A DNA stretch of 64,000 bases from a virus. Under the pieces are notes generated by a model, which was not told the origin of the DNA, did no database searches, and worked only from the letters and a program-made list of their open reading frames with translations. Made by a program: the position numbers and the translations under genes. Where the stretch lies: positions 30,046 through 94,045 of the IMG/VR virus record IMGVR_UViG_3300046328_000221; one strand, 5' to 3'. Shown here piece after piece: positions 8,850 through 20,323 of this stretch; positions within the stretch are counted from its first letter, which is position 1, and each line of letters begins with the position of its first letter.

Positions 8850-11800
8850 ATGGCTGAAGATATTCAGTCCAACATTAGAGTCAATATTGACACTAATCAA
8901 GCTTTGGCAAACATTAAACTTTTGCAAAGAGAGCTTTCAGCCTTTCATACATCTTTTGCTAAGGGGTCAGCCACTGCCGTTGCTGCCTCAAGACAATTTC
9001 AGCAAGAGTTAATTAATGATGTTAACGCCACTGGAAAATTTAGTGCCCAATTCAAAACGGTAAAAACCTCTACAGAATCTTTCACTACAGCCCTTGAAAA
9101 GAACAAGCTCTCAATGGGAGAGTACTTCCGCTATGCTGGTGGAGCATCAAGATCATTTGGAAAGCTCTTCAAAACAGAGTTTGACACTATAAATAAGGTA
9201 GCTCGTGAACGTGTTAAAGACCTTCAAACCCAATATATCAAGATGGGTCGTGACGCAAACGGGGCAATGAAGGCTATTGCTATTCGTCCACTTACTCTAG
9301 ATATGGAGAGTCTAGGAACAAAAACAGCAATTGCAGCACAGAAACAGGCATTGCTGAATCAGCTTCTAAAACAAGGATCTACGAATCTTCTAAACTTCGG
9401 TAAGAATACCCAGTGGGCTGGTCGTCAGCTTATGATTGGTTTTACTATTCCACTAACAATGCTAGGTACTGCTGCTGCCAAAACCTTCATGGACATGGAA
9501 AAGCAAGCAATTGCGTTTAAGCGTGTTTATGGAGATATGCTTACAACATCTTCGGAAACAGAAAAGGCCCTAAAGGATGTTCAAAATCTTGCAGTTGAGT
9601 TTACAAAGTATGGAGTAGCAGTAGCAGATACCATGGAGCTTGCGGCAAAGGCAGCAGCGACAGGCAAGACTGGTGCAGACCTTATTGCTCAAGTAAGCCA
9701 GGCGACTAGGCTATCTGTTCTTGGTGGAGTAGATCAGCAGCAAGCACTTGAGGCAACTATATCTTTGACAGATGCATTTGGAACATCTGCAGATGCCTTA
9801 GCTGGAAAAATTAACTTCCTTAACGCAGTTGAAAACCAGACTGTAACATCTATTGAGGACCTAACAATAGCTATTCCAAAAGCTGGTCCAGTTGTAAAGC
9901 AGCTTGGTGGAAACGTTGAAGACCTAACCTTCTTCCTTACAGCAATGCGTGAGGGTGGGATTAACGCATCAGAAGGTGCTAACGCCCTTAAGTCTGGTCT
10001 TGCATCTATGATTAACCCAACAGCAAAGGCATCTGAATTCCTTGCTGGATTTGGGGTAAATCTAAAAGGTATTGTAGAGGCAAATAAGGGAGACGTCAAG
10101 TCAACAGTCATTGAGTTTGCAAAAGCTTTAGACACACTTGATCCACTAAATCGTGCTCGTGCTATTGAGCAACTATTTGGCAAGTTTCAATTTTCTCGTA
10201 TTTCTACATTGTTTAAGAATGTAATAGATGAGGGAACTCAGGCAGGCAGAGTTCTTGAATTAACAAATACATCAAACATTCAACTTGCAGCATTGTCACA
10301 AAAAGAGTTGCAGAGAATATCAGAGTCTCCAATGTTTAAATTTCAAAAGGCTGTAGAAGACCTAAAGAAGTCATTGGCCCCAGTTGGAGAAGAATTCCTG
10401 AAGGCAGTAACGCCACTGATTAATTTTGGAACAGATGTCTTAAAAAAGTTTAATGATCTTGACTCAGGAGCAAAAGCCTTCATTACGAATCTTATTGGAG
10501 GTCTGGGAGTTGTTGGTCCAGTAGCCCTGATGACGTTTGGTCTATTGGCTAACGGAATTGCAAACCTTATCAAAGGCTTTGTGTTTATTAAAAATGTATT
10601 CAATAGAGCTGGAACTGCATCAACAGAGCTAGGCCAACAAACAGCATACATGTCTGCTGCTCAGATTGAGGCTTCGGCAGTTGCAGCATCTTTAAATCAA
10701 ACACACAGCAAGCTTATACAGACATTTAACTTAGAAGCAGGAGCACTAAACTCACTAACAACAGCGTACAATCGCTCACTATCCTCAATGTCTGCCTTCA
10801 CTGGTGTTCCAAGAGGAACTGGAAAGTCAACAAAGAAGTTTGCTGCTGGAGGGATGGTTCCAGGGTCTGGCAGTGGAGACATTGTTCCATCATTGCTTAC
10901 CCCTGGCGAATTTGTTGTAAACAAAAAGGCTGCAAGTCAAAACATGCTGGCACTAAATGCTCTAAATTCTGGTAAAATTTCTAGGTTCGCAAGGGGTGGC
11001 AGAGTTGGCTCTGGACCATCTGGCCGTGTTGGAAAATCGCTAATAACTCTACCAATTGACTATAAGACAAATGTCTCGAATCAATCTGGTGCATTGAATA
11101 TGTCAGACATCACGCCAGATGCAGCATCACTATCATACATGTATGCAGATGAAATACTTAAGCAGTCTAAGACCTCTGCTGGAGCAGTTTCTAGAGAGAT
11201 AATCCAGTGGGAGCAAATAAATAAAAAAGCTATCGATGAGGCGACAAATGCAGTGAATGCTGGAACCCCTGCTGCAGAGGCCTTTAAAGATCTATCAGAC
11301 AAATTTGTTTCTGATATGGAATCTGCAAATGGTCCAGTAAAGAAGTTTTCAGATACTGCTAGATCAATGCTACCACAAATTGAGGCAGATTTTAGAGAGG
11401 CACAGGCAGCAGCAAACTCAATGGGCCTAAATCTTAGGTCTGGAGCAGATACCGCAAAACTAGCAGAAAAAATGCCGAACAATCTCCTAGCTCAGGGAAT
11501 GAATACCCCAGGAAACTTTGGAAGACTGTCTAGGGTTAGGGGGGCAGCAGCACAGATATTCGGAGGCGGTAGCAAGAACTTTGGAAAAACTGGCACTCCA
11601 GCATTTATGATGACAAAGGGTCTAGATACAAAGTCTATAGCCTATGGAACTATGATGACTCAAGAGCACATAGCTGTAACAAAGCTTCAGGAAGAAAACA
11701 GAAAAGCTCTAGCTGGAATAAGAACCCAAACAACCAAATTTGCCCAAGCAGTTCCAAAAGAAACCGTTTCCGCAATAGAAGAAGTCACTCGTCAGGCATC

Positions 11801-13985
11801 TCCATCTAAAGAAGCATATAATGCTGGAGCAAACATTGGTATTGGTGCAATAAATGGTATCAAGTCAACTCAAGGACAAGCAGTTACAGCTGGAGAATCT
11901 CTTGCAACAGCTACCCAATCTGGAGCTAGACGTGCATCTCAGGGACAGACAAACTATGATCTACTAAACCTTCCAATGCAGGGACCAGCAAAACCAACAT
12001 TTAGACAAAAGGTTGGATCAAAGATTAGTTCTGGCATAAGGTCAGCAGCCAACATGAAAGTCGGAGACTTGTCTGGTGGAAAGCTGGCTGGTCTTGGTGC
12101 AGCAGCATCTATGGCAACATTTGCTCTATCTGGAATGGGCGGCACAGTTGGACAAGTAGCAAACGCCATTCTTCCAGTCGTGAGCATTTTTAGCTTACTT
12201 GGCCCGCTGTTGACTGGTTTTGCAGCATCTCTAGGATTAGCCTCATTACCACTACTACCGATAATTGCTGGTCTTGCTGGCTTAGCAGCAGTTGTTGGGG
12301 TATCAGCATTTGCTATAAACCAAGCGAATGAAGCTAAGAAAAAAGAATTAGAACAAATTAATGCTTCAGCAGACGCATACAAGTATGCAACAAAGGCAGT
12401 ATCAGAATTTGCAACTTTGAGTGGTACGGCCACCAAGCCAACGCTAATGGATCTTTCCAAAGAAAGCTTTAAGTCTGATGTAACTGGAAAAAACCTAAAT
12501 GATATTCAAACACTTTTGGCAAGCGATGAGTTTACTAATCCAGAATCTCAAATATTTAAAATGATTACGGCTCTTAAAAAAACTACTGACGTTCAAGCAA
12601 AGGCTTTTGTTTCAGCATATGCTCAGCAACTAGTTGCTTCTGGAATAGGGGAAGCCGAAGTTGATGCTAGCATTAAGGCAATTCAATCAGCAGCAGGCAA
12701 AAAAGATTTAAATATAGATTTTGCATCAGTTAATATAAATACCAAGACTGGAAGAGAAAATCTTCTTAAATCTATTGAGGAAGCTACATCAAATATTACA
12801 AAAAACAAAAAGCTAAAAAGAAGAGATGGAACAACTGTTCTAGATCCTATAGCGACCGCAAAAAGAACAGCCGATGTAAAGTCAGCAGCATCTGCATTAT
12901 CATTCTCGTTTGCAAATATTAACTCTCAGTTCTCAACTGGTGCAATATCGGGCAATGTCTATAATTCAATGATATCGGGTATCACAAAAAGCCTCAAGGG
13001 AATGACGGACCAAGCCTTGGCTGGACGTATTCTAAAAACAATGTTTTCTGACATAAGCCCTGCAGCAGCTAGCTTTGCAGCTGGCTTTGATTCCATGACA
13101 GATAAAGTAAAAATCTTTACAATAGTCTCTCTTGCAGGTGCAGATGCTTTGGCAAGTCTGCAAGACTCTTTTGCTAGAATGGGTCCAATTGCAGATCCAA
13201 AGCAAAGGGCATCTTTGATAAAGTATACTCTAGACAAATCCTTAAAAGATGCAAAAGCATTTGGAAAAGCCTTTGATAAGATTACTGGCACAGGGAGCAC
13301 TGGCACTGGATCTGGAACTGGTGGGACAGTCGCAAATACCTCAGCCCTAGAAAAACAACTTGACACATTGAAGAAAAAGCTTGAATCTCTAAGGAGTATA
13401 AATGCAGAACTCAAGAGACAGCAAGATTTTGAAATGGCTCAGCAAAAGAGAATTCAGGATATGAAGCAAGACTTTATCTCTGGTAACTACCTAGCTGCAT
13501 CTATGAAGCGTCAAGAAATGGCCTATGCTCAACAGAATTATAACAAAGAGTCTGAAACCATATCTCTAGAAAAGAAGATTTCAGATCTTGAAGCACGAAT
13601 TGCTGCAAAAAAGAATACTGGAAGAGCTTCTGGTGGAATGGTTTATCCAGGAATGGCTATGGGAGGACTAATCTCTGGTCCAGGAACTGGAACCTCAGAC
13701 TCAATTACTGCAAAACTAAACTTTGCTAGTGGTGGTCAGATCAATGTTTCTAATGGAGAATATATCACTCGTGCTGCTTCTGTAAGACAGTATGGAACTG
13801 ACTTTATGAACTCTGTAAACAATGGATCATATAATCCAGGAGCATACTCTGGCGATTCAGTGTATAATGTTAATATGACAATTAATGGCGGTAATGCAAA
13901 TGCTGATCAAATTGCATCAGCAGTAATGAAGAAACTTGATGTTATTGCTACCAAGAATAATAAGACAAACAAGGTTAGAGTTTAA
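8850..13985 (+). CDS. Tape measure protein
   Basis: 1711 aa, Ala/Gly-rich helical; TP901-like core; hydrophobic segments; GPGTGTSDSI motif. Confidence 0.92.
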   Translation: MAEDIQSNIRVNIDTNQALANIKLLQRELSAFHTSFAKGSATAVAASRQFQQELINDVNATGKFSAQFKTVKTSTESFTTALEKNKLSMGEYFRYAGGASRSFGKLFKTEFDTINKVARERVKDLQTQYIKMGRDANGAMKAIAIRPLTLDMESLGTKTAIAAQKQALLNQLLKQGSTNLLNFGKNTQWAGRQLMIGFTIPLTMLGTAAAKTFMDMEKQAIAFKRVYGDMLTTSSETEKALKDVQNLAVEFTKYGVAVADTMELAAKAAATGKTGADLIAQVSQATRLSVLGGVDQQQALEATISLTDAFGTSADALAGKINFLNAVENQTVTSIEDLTIAIPKAGPVVKQLGGNVEDLTFFLTAMREGGINASEGANALKSGLASMINPTAKASEFLAGFGVNLKGIVEANKGDVKSTVIEFAKALDTLDPLNRARAIEQLFGKFQFSRISTLFKNVIDEGTQAGRVLELTNTSNIQLAALSQKELQRISESPMFKFQKAVEDLKKSLAPVGEEFLKAVTPLINFGTDVLKKFNDLDSGAKAFITNLIGGLGVVGPVALMTFGLLANGIANLIKGFVFIKNVFNRAGTASTELGQQTAYMSAAQIEASAVAASLNQTHSKLIQTFNLEAGALNSLTTAYNRSLSSMSAFTGVPRGTGKSTKKFAAGGMVPGSGSGDIVPSLLTPGEFVVNKKAASQNMLALNALNSGKISRFARGGRVGSGPSGRVGKSLITLPIDYKTNVSNQSGALNMSDITPDAASLSYMYADEILKQSKTSAGAVSREIIQWEQINKKAIDEATNAVNAGTPAAEAFKDLSDKFVSDMESANGPVKKFSDTARSMLPQIEADFREAQAAANSMGLNLRSGADTAKLAEKMPNNLLAQGMNTPGNFGRLSRVRGAAAQIFGGGSKNFGKTGTPAFMMTKGLDTKSIAYGTMMTQEHIAVTKLQEENRKALAGIRTQTTKFAQAVPKETVSAIEEVTRQASPSKEAYNAGANIGIGAINGIKSTQGQAVTAGESLATATQSGARRASQGQTNYDLLNLPMQGPAKPTFRQKVGSKISSGIRSAANMKVGDLSGGKLAGLGAAASMATFALSGMGGTVGQVANAILPVVSIFSLLGPLLTGFAASLGLASLPLLPIIAGLAGLAAVVGVSAFAINQANEAKKKELEQINASADAYKYATKAVSEFATLSGTATKPTLMDLSKESFKSDVTGKNLNDIQTLLASDEFTNPESQIFKMITALKKTTDVQAKAFVSAYAQQLVASGIGEAEVDASIKAIQSAAGKKDLNIDFASVNINTKTGRENLLKSIEEATSNITKNKKLKRRDGTTVLDPIATAKRTADVKSAASALSFSFANINSQFSTGAISGNVYNSMISGITKSLKGMTDQALAGRILKTMFSDISPAAASFAAGFDSMTDKVKIFTIVSLAGADALASLQDSFARMGPIADPKQRASLIKYTLDKSLKDAKAFGKAFDKITGTGSTGTGSGTGGTVANTSALEKQLDTLKKKLESLRSINAELKRQQDFEMAQQKRIQDMKQDFISGNYLAASMKRQEMAYAQQNYNKESETISLEKKISDLEARIAAKKNTGRASGGMVYPGMAMGGLISGPGTGTSDSITAKLNFASGGQINVSNGEYITRAASVRQYGTDFMNSVNNGSYNPGAYSGDSVYNVNMTINGGNANADQIASAVMKKLDVIATKNNKTNKVRV

Positions 13986-14665
13986 TGGCATATCCAATAG
14001 AAGCTGGTATTCAGCTTGCCCTAAATAATACCCCTACAACGGCTACATATGCCTCTGATGGGGCTTTGGGTGCTACTTCTGTAGTTATTGGTGCGTCTAA
14101 CTCAAATATCGTTGTAGGCCAAACTGTGACTGGTACTGGCTTTGCTGCTAATACTCTAGTTACCAGCATTGATGGAACAACTATAAACTTTTCTCCAGCC
14201 ACAACTGCCCAAGTAGCTGGAACAATAACCTTTAGCACCACTTGGTATAAACTTACAGATCACAATAGATCAGAAATTAGTATCCAGCCAGAGCTAATTG
14301 AGAAATCTCAAAGAATGGCTAATGGAACTATGCGTAAATATGTTGTAGCAAAGAAGCACAATATCTCTACATCGTGGGACTTCCTACCAGCAAAAACTAT
14401 CCTAGCAGTTGATGGAAACTATGCAGCAGCATGGCTAGAAGCTTTTTATAATGCTAACTGTGGGATTCCAATTTTTGTAAAAGTTGTAAAGGCTAAAGAT
14501 ACTGCGGTAAGTCTAGGACAGTTGCCATTAGACTCTACATTTGCAACTGCTCAAAACTCAAGCACAATATACGAAGTGTTCATGACTGGATTCTCAAATA
14601 CAGTTAGATATAGAACAACTACATCAGACTATGTTAATATGAGCATAGAGTTTACAGAGGTATAA
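13985..14665 (+). CDS. Distal tail/minor tail protein
   Basis: Follows the tape measure gene; RMANGTMRKY motif. Confidence 0.65.
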   Translation: MAYPIEAGIQLALNNTPTTATYASDGALGATSVVIGASNSNIVVGQTVTGTGFAANTLVTSIDGTTINFSPATTAQVAGTITFSTTWYKLTDHNRSEISIQPELIEKSQRMANGTMRKYVVAKKHNISTSWDFLPAKTILAVDGNYAAAWLEAFYNANCGIPIFVKVVKAKDTAVSLGQLPLDSTFATAQNSSTIYEVFMTGFSNTVRYRTTTSDYVNMSIEFTEV

Positions 14666-17600
14666 TGTTAAATACAGTAGACTCCTCAGTATTCCTGAAT
14701 TCTAAATACATCAACATGAAGCCAGTAGTCTCTGCTGAGTGGAATAATAACCTATACAATTCTCCATACGTTGTTGTATCTGGAAATGCTGCTTTTAATC
14801 CATCAGATATTTCATATTATGGATCACTATCAACCAAAACACTTTCATCTGTAAGTTCTGGATCAGAGTATGCTAAAGAAAACTTTGTTACTAATAGTTT
14901 TCCTTTAGATGCTGGAGCTAGTACTTCTACTGTAGCTTTTAGATACTCTGGCACTTTAGCAGCAGGAGAAGCATATAAAATAGTAATGTATGTTAAAACT
15001 AACAGCATTTATCCAGTATTGCTAAATACTAATATTGCTGGGTACTCCGCAAAGTCAAAAGAAATTGATTCTTTAAATTGGACAAAAATAGAGACATATG
15101 CTTCCTGGGATTCAAATGTAACGCCAACATCCCTTGACTTTATAATAAACGCATCCAACATTGTGACATATAATACTAGTGCTAATATCTACATAACATT
15201 ACCAGAAGTTTATAAGATAACAAGATTTGATTATGAAAATGGATCATTGTGGTCAGCATATAGTCCATTCAAAATTTTTAGACCAGGAGAATCATATGTA
15301 TCTTCTGGAAATGCAGATATATCATATCCAGTTAATTTTAGAAGAGCTACTAAAGGACTTAAGAGTGGACAGACCTATCAAGATATGCCAATTAGTCCTC
15401 TAGTTAATAATCCAAAATTCTTTTTAGCATCACCTCCAGTGGGAATATATAAAACTGGGGTAGCTAATGATACAATGCCATATCAATATTTTGTATCATC
15501 TGATCAATCAGCTGAGAAGATTATCACTGCAAAATATGAAAAAACTGTATATTGTAATAAACTTGTTTTAAAATTTAACACACTAATGTCTACACCAACA
15601 GTAACAGTAAGCCTTGATGGATCAAGTATTGGGTCCTTTACTCCAGACTCAACAGGTCTTTTGGTTCTATACTATAGTGGTTCTAGTTGGAGCACTACAA
15701 AATGGGCATCTAGTATAACGCCTAGATTTTCGAAAACTGGAACAATGTCTCCAGCATATAAAGAGTTTAACAAGATTTCTATAAATCAGATATCCTCGTC
15801 TGTAAGCTCTTCATTCTCATCATATTCTTCATTAACCTCTGAAATGACAAGATTGCAGCTAATTGAAGTATCCCCTAGACTTGAAATAGATTTGACGGAT
15901 CTTGTTCTAAATGTCTCTATAAATAAGTCATTAGATAGCAAGAATAGCTATGTCCCAATATCTTCTATTAATTCAAATGATGCGTCAATTGAAATTTCAG
16001 CAATACCTCTAACAAGCTCTACTGGACCAATTCCATTATTTTCAAATGAATCTAATCTAACAAACACTGTATTAAAAAATATGTTAACCAAAAACGTTAA
16101 GTTTTATATTAGCTTCTTGTTGTCAGAAGCAAGCTCCCCAGCAATCTCTACACAAGACTACTATATTCCTGCAGGAGTTTTTTATTCAGAGTCCTGGTCA
16201 GAAAGCGATGTGTCGTCAGTCTCAGTTCAGGCATATGACATAACAAGATATTTGCAAACAACTCCAGTACCAGATTATGTAGCAAACAAGAAAAGTGTGT
16301 TTGATATAATCTCAAACATTTTAGACCTGTCTGGATTTACAGACTATGACTATGACTCACTATATAATGTCTGTAATGATCCTGTGCTACCACTAGATCT
16401 TGCATACTACTATTGCAACTCTAAAGATTCAACAATAGTAGAGGCTCTATCTGAAATATTCTTAGCCTATCAAATCGGGGCATATATTGATGAATATGGG
16501 ATAATGAAGTTCCTAAGTCTAAGTAATATTATGTCCAATACAGGAACAACCATAAGCATCAGTGATTCAAACATCATTGATGGTGGATATTCTATTCAAA
16601 CAAATGCAAAACCTGGGAAAATATCTTTAAGATATCAACCACCAAAAATTAAGCAGTCACTCTCACTACAAAATACTGCAAGTCCAGATATGAAAAACTC
16701 TCCATCTTTCATATATGCAACATCAAATGATGTTGTTTGGTCACAGCAAAACCTAGACTCTGTTGGATTTAACTATCTAAGTAAGTCTATGTCAGCAAAT
16801 AGCAATAGTTTTACTTTAGATAAACGTGACCTACTAGATATTTTTCACACATATTCATTAAATAGTAATGGGTATGCTGCAATTGAAAATGAAATAGTTT
16901 CTTTTGTTTATAAAGAATATAACATAAAGACCCATGATTATGTTGAAGGTGTATCTGGACATCAGGAAACTGTTTCTGTCAAGAGCGATATAGAGTTAGC
17001 TTATGAGATAAATAGGTTTATAAGAAAATATCCAATAACCATAAGAAAGATTGATAGTGTTATTACTGATGTTATTGGGACTGGAGATTTAGTGTCATAT
17101 GTGTCAGATAATGATTTTGTTATTGGAGACAGCGTTAGTATTGTTGGGGTTACTCCAGCAGTATATAATATCATTGGGACAATTGTAGATCGTGATCCAA
17201 CATATTTTTCTATTAAAAATACTGCAGTTGGAACCTTTAACTCAGCAGCATCACTAAATGCAATGGCTATTGCCAAAACTGATTATGACGTAACCATAGA
17301 GCCTACAGGAAACATTAACAATGTTCAAAGAGGCGTTTTCAATACAAAGGTGTCAGAACACAATATTCTTGAAACAACCATAGAAAGTAAGGGTCTTACT
17401 CAGGCAAGAGTATCTTCTTCTAACGTAATATCTACTGGAAATATCGATGCAACTGTTTTATCTGAAAGTTCTTACCCAGATATAGATAAAAATAGCTATT
17501 CTAAAATTGCTGTTAGATCTTCAACATTAATAGATAAGGTATTAATATACTCAGATACAGATAGAGATTCTGGAAATCAATTAGATACTATTACTGAAAA

Positions 17601-19290
17601 ATATCTAGGCTACCAGACATACATGACAAAATTTAATTTTAACTATGATGTAAAGCTTGGTTCAGCTGGGTTATTCTTTAATCTTGATTCAGACCTAACA
17701 ATGACTAATTCGTATTTTGTAGAAATTACACAATACTACAAATCTACAAAAACTACACTTGACGGCTATGGAAATCCAACAAAAGTATATGGATATTTGT
17801 GTACCGTTTATTACATTAATTCTTCAAATGAAAAAATTATTGTTGGCTATTCAGATATAAGTTCAATTGTGGCATCTATTGTATTTAATTTTCCAAAAGT
17901 TATGACAAAAACAACAGACTCCTATACTGGTATAGTTTCATATAAAAACGATTTAACTGTAGAGACTCCATTCATTCTAAAAGTAGCCCACAGCATAGAA
18001 GAAAACGTTCTTGGGAATGTAGCCACTGATGGAGATAGGGTTCTAAGAGTATTTTTAAATAATATAGAGATATCTGGCTGGCAGGTTCCAATAAACGGAA
18101 GCTCTGTAGCCATTACTGGAGCTACCGTTGACTACGAGTTTCACAAAACAACTTATTCATTTTCTGGAACCAAGCCATCAGATTTTATAGCTGGAAATTC
18201 CGTAACAATATCTGGAATAAATCCAACAGAGTTAAATGGAACTTTTGTAATTTATGCAACAACAAGCAGTTCCTTTACAATAAATCAAATAGTTTCTTCA
18301 AGTGCATACATTTCTGACGGTACCGCAGTAATTGTAGATACAATTAATGAAACAAGCTACAAGACAATAGATGTAAACTCAACATCTAAAATTAGAAAGA
18401 AGCTAGTCTTACCACACCAAATTTCAGAAAATACTATTTTTGGAATTTTTGCCAGTGCCAATCCATTAATGGATAATGGAGTCACAGCCGATAACTTAAA
18501 TATTTGCACATTTTCAGAGATATATGCAACCCAGTCTGATCTAAAAGAGCATTCCGTAAACTATTTCTTTCAGGATAGGAGATTCTTAAACGCATCTCTT
18601 CAGGGACAAAATTTAATGGAAAAAACATACTGTATGCAAACTAAGCCAGAAGTTATTGGAATAAACTACTATGATGTTCAATATACAACACCAGCAGCAG
18701 TCTCTGTCGATGTTCTTCCAATTGAATATTCTTGGTACTATTTCCCAGGAAATATGCCAGAAGATCAAAAATGGTATCAAAGACAGTTTGTTAGCGAAAC
18801 ATCTGTATCCTACTCAACACCAATTAATACTGGATTTAGAGCAAAAATGATAATTGTCAATAATGCACCACACATGGTTTTCTTGAATAAAGAATCTGAT
18901 GAACTTAATCAATTTACGGTTAGACTAAATCTATGGACACATGAAATCATAGCTCAATCTGATCAAGAAATTATCGAAAAGAGTGTCAGTGATTCTAATA
19001 GTTCTGAGGTTGCACAAATAGATTCAGAATGGATTCAGTCAAAACAGGCTGCAAACAGAATGCTCTCTACAATAAATTCTGGACTAGACGGATTTTCTAA
19101 AAATACAACAATTCAAATATTTGGAAATCCATTAATTCAGGTGGGAGATGTTGTTAGTCTAACATATACTCTAAACGGAATCAATCAGCAAAAATATACA
19201 GTACACTCTGTAAATCATTCATTTGATAATGGATTAAGCACAACCTTAGTACTAAATACCATTAAGAAGGGAATTAGCTATAGTGTCTAA
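14665..19290 (+). CDS. Large tail tip/baseplate hub-adhesin protein
   Basis: 1541 aa, Ser/Thr/Tyr-rich; C-terminal GNPLIQVGDVV hub motif. Confidence 0.75.
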   Translation: MLNTVDSSVFLNSKYINMKPVVSAEWNNNLYNSPYVVVSGNAAFNPSDISYYGSLSTKTLSSVSSGSEYAKENFVTNSFPLDAGASTSTVAFRYSGTLAAGEAYKIVMYVKTNSIYPVLLNTNIAGYSAKSKEIDSLNWTKIETYASWDSNVTPTSLDFIINASNIVTYNTSANIYITLPEVYKITRFDYENGSLWSAYSPFKIFRPGESYVSSGNADISYPVNFRRATKGLKSGQTYQDMPISPLVNNPKFFLASPPVGIYKTGVANDTMPYQYFVSSDQSAEKIITAKYEKTVYCNKLVLKFNTLMSTPTVTVSLDGSSIGSFTPDSTGLLVLYYSGSSWSTTKWASSITPRFSKTGTMSPAYKEFNKISINQISSSVSSSFSSYSSLTSEMTRLQLIEVSPRLEIDLTDLVLNVSINKSLDSKNSYVPISSINSNDASIEISAIPLTSSTGPIPLFSNESNLTNTVLKNMLTKNVKFYISFLLSEASSPAISTQDYYIPAGVFYSESWSESDVSSVSVQAYDITRYLQTTPVPDYVANKKSVFDIISNILDLSGFTDYDYDSLYNVCNDPVLPLDLAYYYCNSKDSTIVEALSEIFLAYQIGAYIDEYGIMKFLSLSNIMSNTGTTISISDSNIIDGGYSIQTNAKPGKISLRYQPPKIKQSLSLQNTASPDMKNSPSFIYATSNDVVWSQQNLDSVGFNYLSKSMSANSNSFTLDKRDLLDIFHTYSLNSNGYAAIENEIVSFVYKEYNIKTHDYVEGVSGHQETVSVKSDIELAYEINRFIRKYPITIRKIDSVITDVIGTGDLVSYVSDNDFVIGDSVSIVGVTPAVYNIIGTIVDRDPTYFSIKNTAVGTFNSAASLNAMAIAKTDYDVTIEPTGNINNVQRGVFNTKVSEHNILETTIESKGLTQARVSSSNVISTGNIDATVLSESSYPDIDKNSYSKIAVRSSTLIDKVLIYSDTDRDSGNQLDTITEKYLGYQTYMTKFNFNYDVKLGSAGLFFNLDSDLTMTNSYFVEITQYYKSTKTTLDGYGNPTKVYGYLCTVYYINSSNEKIIVGYSDISSIVASIVFNFPKVMTKTTDSYTGIVSYKNDLTVETPFILKVAHSIEENVLGNVATDGDRVLRVFLNNIEISGWQVPINGSSVAITGATVDYEFHKTTYSFSGTKPSDFIAGNSVTISGINPTELNGTFVIYATTSSSFTINQIVSSSAYISDGTAVIVDTINETSYKTIDVNSTSKIRKKLVLPHQISENTIFGIFASANPLMDNGVTADNLNICTFSEIYATQSDLKEHSVNYFFQDRRFLNASLQGQNLMEKTYCMQTKPEVIGINYYDVQYTTPAAVSVDVLPIEYSWYYFPGNMPEDQKWYQRQFVSETSVSYSTPINTGFRAKMIIVNNAPHMVFLNKESDELNQFTVRLNLWTHEIIAQSDQEIIEKSVSDSNSSEVAQIDSEWIQSKQAANRMLSTINSGLDGFSKNTTIQIFGNPLIQVGDVVSLTYTLNGINQQKYTVHSVNHSFDNGLSTTLVLNTIKKGISYSV

Positions 19291-19831
19291 ATATAAATCA
19301 CCGTTTTCTGTCAGCCATAGACAGCCAATAATTATAGACCCAAAAGATCCTCGCAGCAATAACATTGATAGGTATAGATCTAGAATAGGATCAGAAGTTA
19401 TTCTGGCAAAGCCAAAAGATCAGCCAATAGGTATGGTCGACAGCCCAGGTAGAGCAATTCCAATAAATTATTATGCAAATGTGACAATTCACCAAACATA
19501 TAACAATTTACCACATCAACTTTTGCTTATTCGTAGATATTTGGAAAGCCCTTTATCAATAGAGGATCTAGCAGAAGAGACAACTACCTTCTGTGTATTA
19601 GATGAGGGAGGATTTGATATTGATTTTGATCCCATTTATCCAGATCAAAATGGAGGCAATTTAGTTATCTATGTTCCAAAAATACCAGGATTTTCGACAA
19701 GTCCAACATATAGCTATACAATATCTAATTCAGCAAATGCAGAATGGCTTGCTACATACAACGTAGGAAATAAGTGGGAATTTACCTTCCATGTACATGG
19801 AGATGTTGATATTTCTATGACTGTGATATAA
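19283..19831 (+). CDS. Hypothetical tail-module protein
   Basis: ORF overlapping the previous stop. Confidence 0.5.
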   Translation: MSKYKSPFSVSHRQPIIIDPKDPRSNNIDRYRSRIGSEVILAKPKDQPIGMVDSPGRAIPINYYANVTIHQTYNNLPHQLLLIRRYLESPLSIEDLAEETTTFCVLDEGGFDIDFDPIYPDQNGGNLVIYVPKIPGFSTSPTYSYTISNSANAEWLATYNVGNKWEFTFHVHGDVDISMTVI

Positions 19832-19850
19832 TTAAACATTAAGGAGAAAA

Positions 19851-20297
19851 ATGCCATACGTACAAATATCTGATCCAAATATCATTGACCTAGCCTCATG
19901 GCATCAGGTTATTAATGTTGTTAATCAACATAGTGATGCTATTGCAGCATTAACAAATAATTTTGGACTATCTTGGAGTCCAGACTATGACGGAGACGAC
20001 TGGTCCTCAGCTTTTGACTTTGGATCACAGATTATTGTTTATGGTAGATCAAGAGTTAATGGTACTGTTGATAATACTACAACAATTAGTCAAACAATAA
20101 ACTTTACACAGCCATTTTCTGCTAAGCCAGTAGTTACTGCAACCGTATACACAGGAACAGAAAGTAGATATGATGCAGTTGCGACAACTATGGATCAGAC
20201 AACTTCAAGTTTTACATTGAGAGTAACTAATCTTCCTGCAACAGTAACTGTGGATACGTATGTGACCGTAAACTGGATTGCAATCGGTCCTAAGTAA
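19851..20297 (+). CDS. Minor tail protein (gp53-like/H-lectin-like C-terminus)
   Basis: F..PF...PVV.AT and VNWIAIG motifs. Confidence 0.65.
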   Translation: MPYVQISDPNIIDLASWHQVINVVNQHSDAIAALTNNFGLSWSPDYDGDDWSSAFDFGSQIIVYGRSRVNGTVDNTTTISQTINFTQPFSAKPVVTATVYTGTESRYDAVATTMDQTTSSFTLRVTNLPATVTVDTYVTVNWIAIGPK

Positions 20298-20323
20298 TCC
20301 TATAACTTAAACTAGGCTTAATT

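Noticed and set aside
9734-13414. Antisense ORFs inside the tape measure gene (and similar ones in other long genes)
   Set aside because: Shadow frames produced by codon bias, with no independent expression signals.
14665-19290. Diversity-generating retroelement target in the tail gene
   Set aside because: No reverse transcriptase or template/variable repeat pair is visible in the window.
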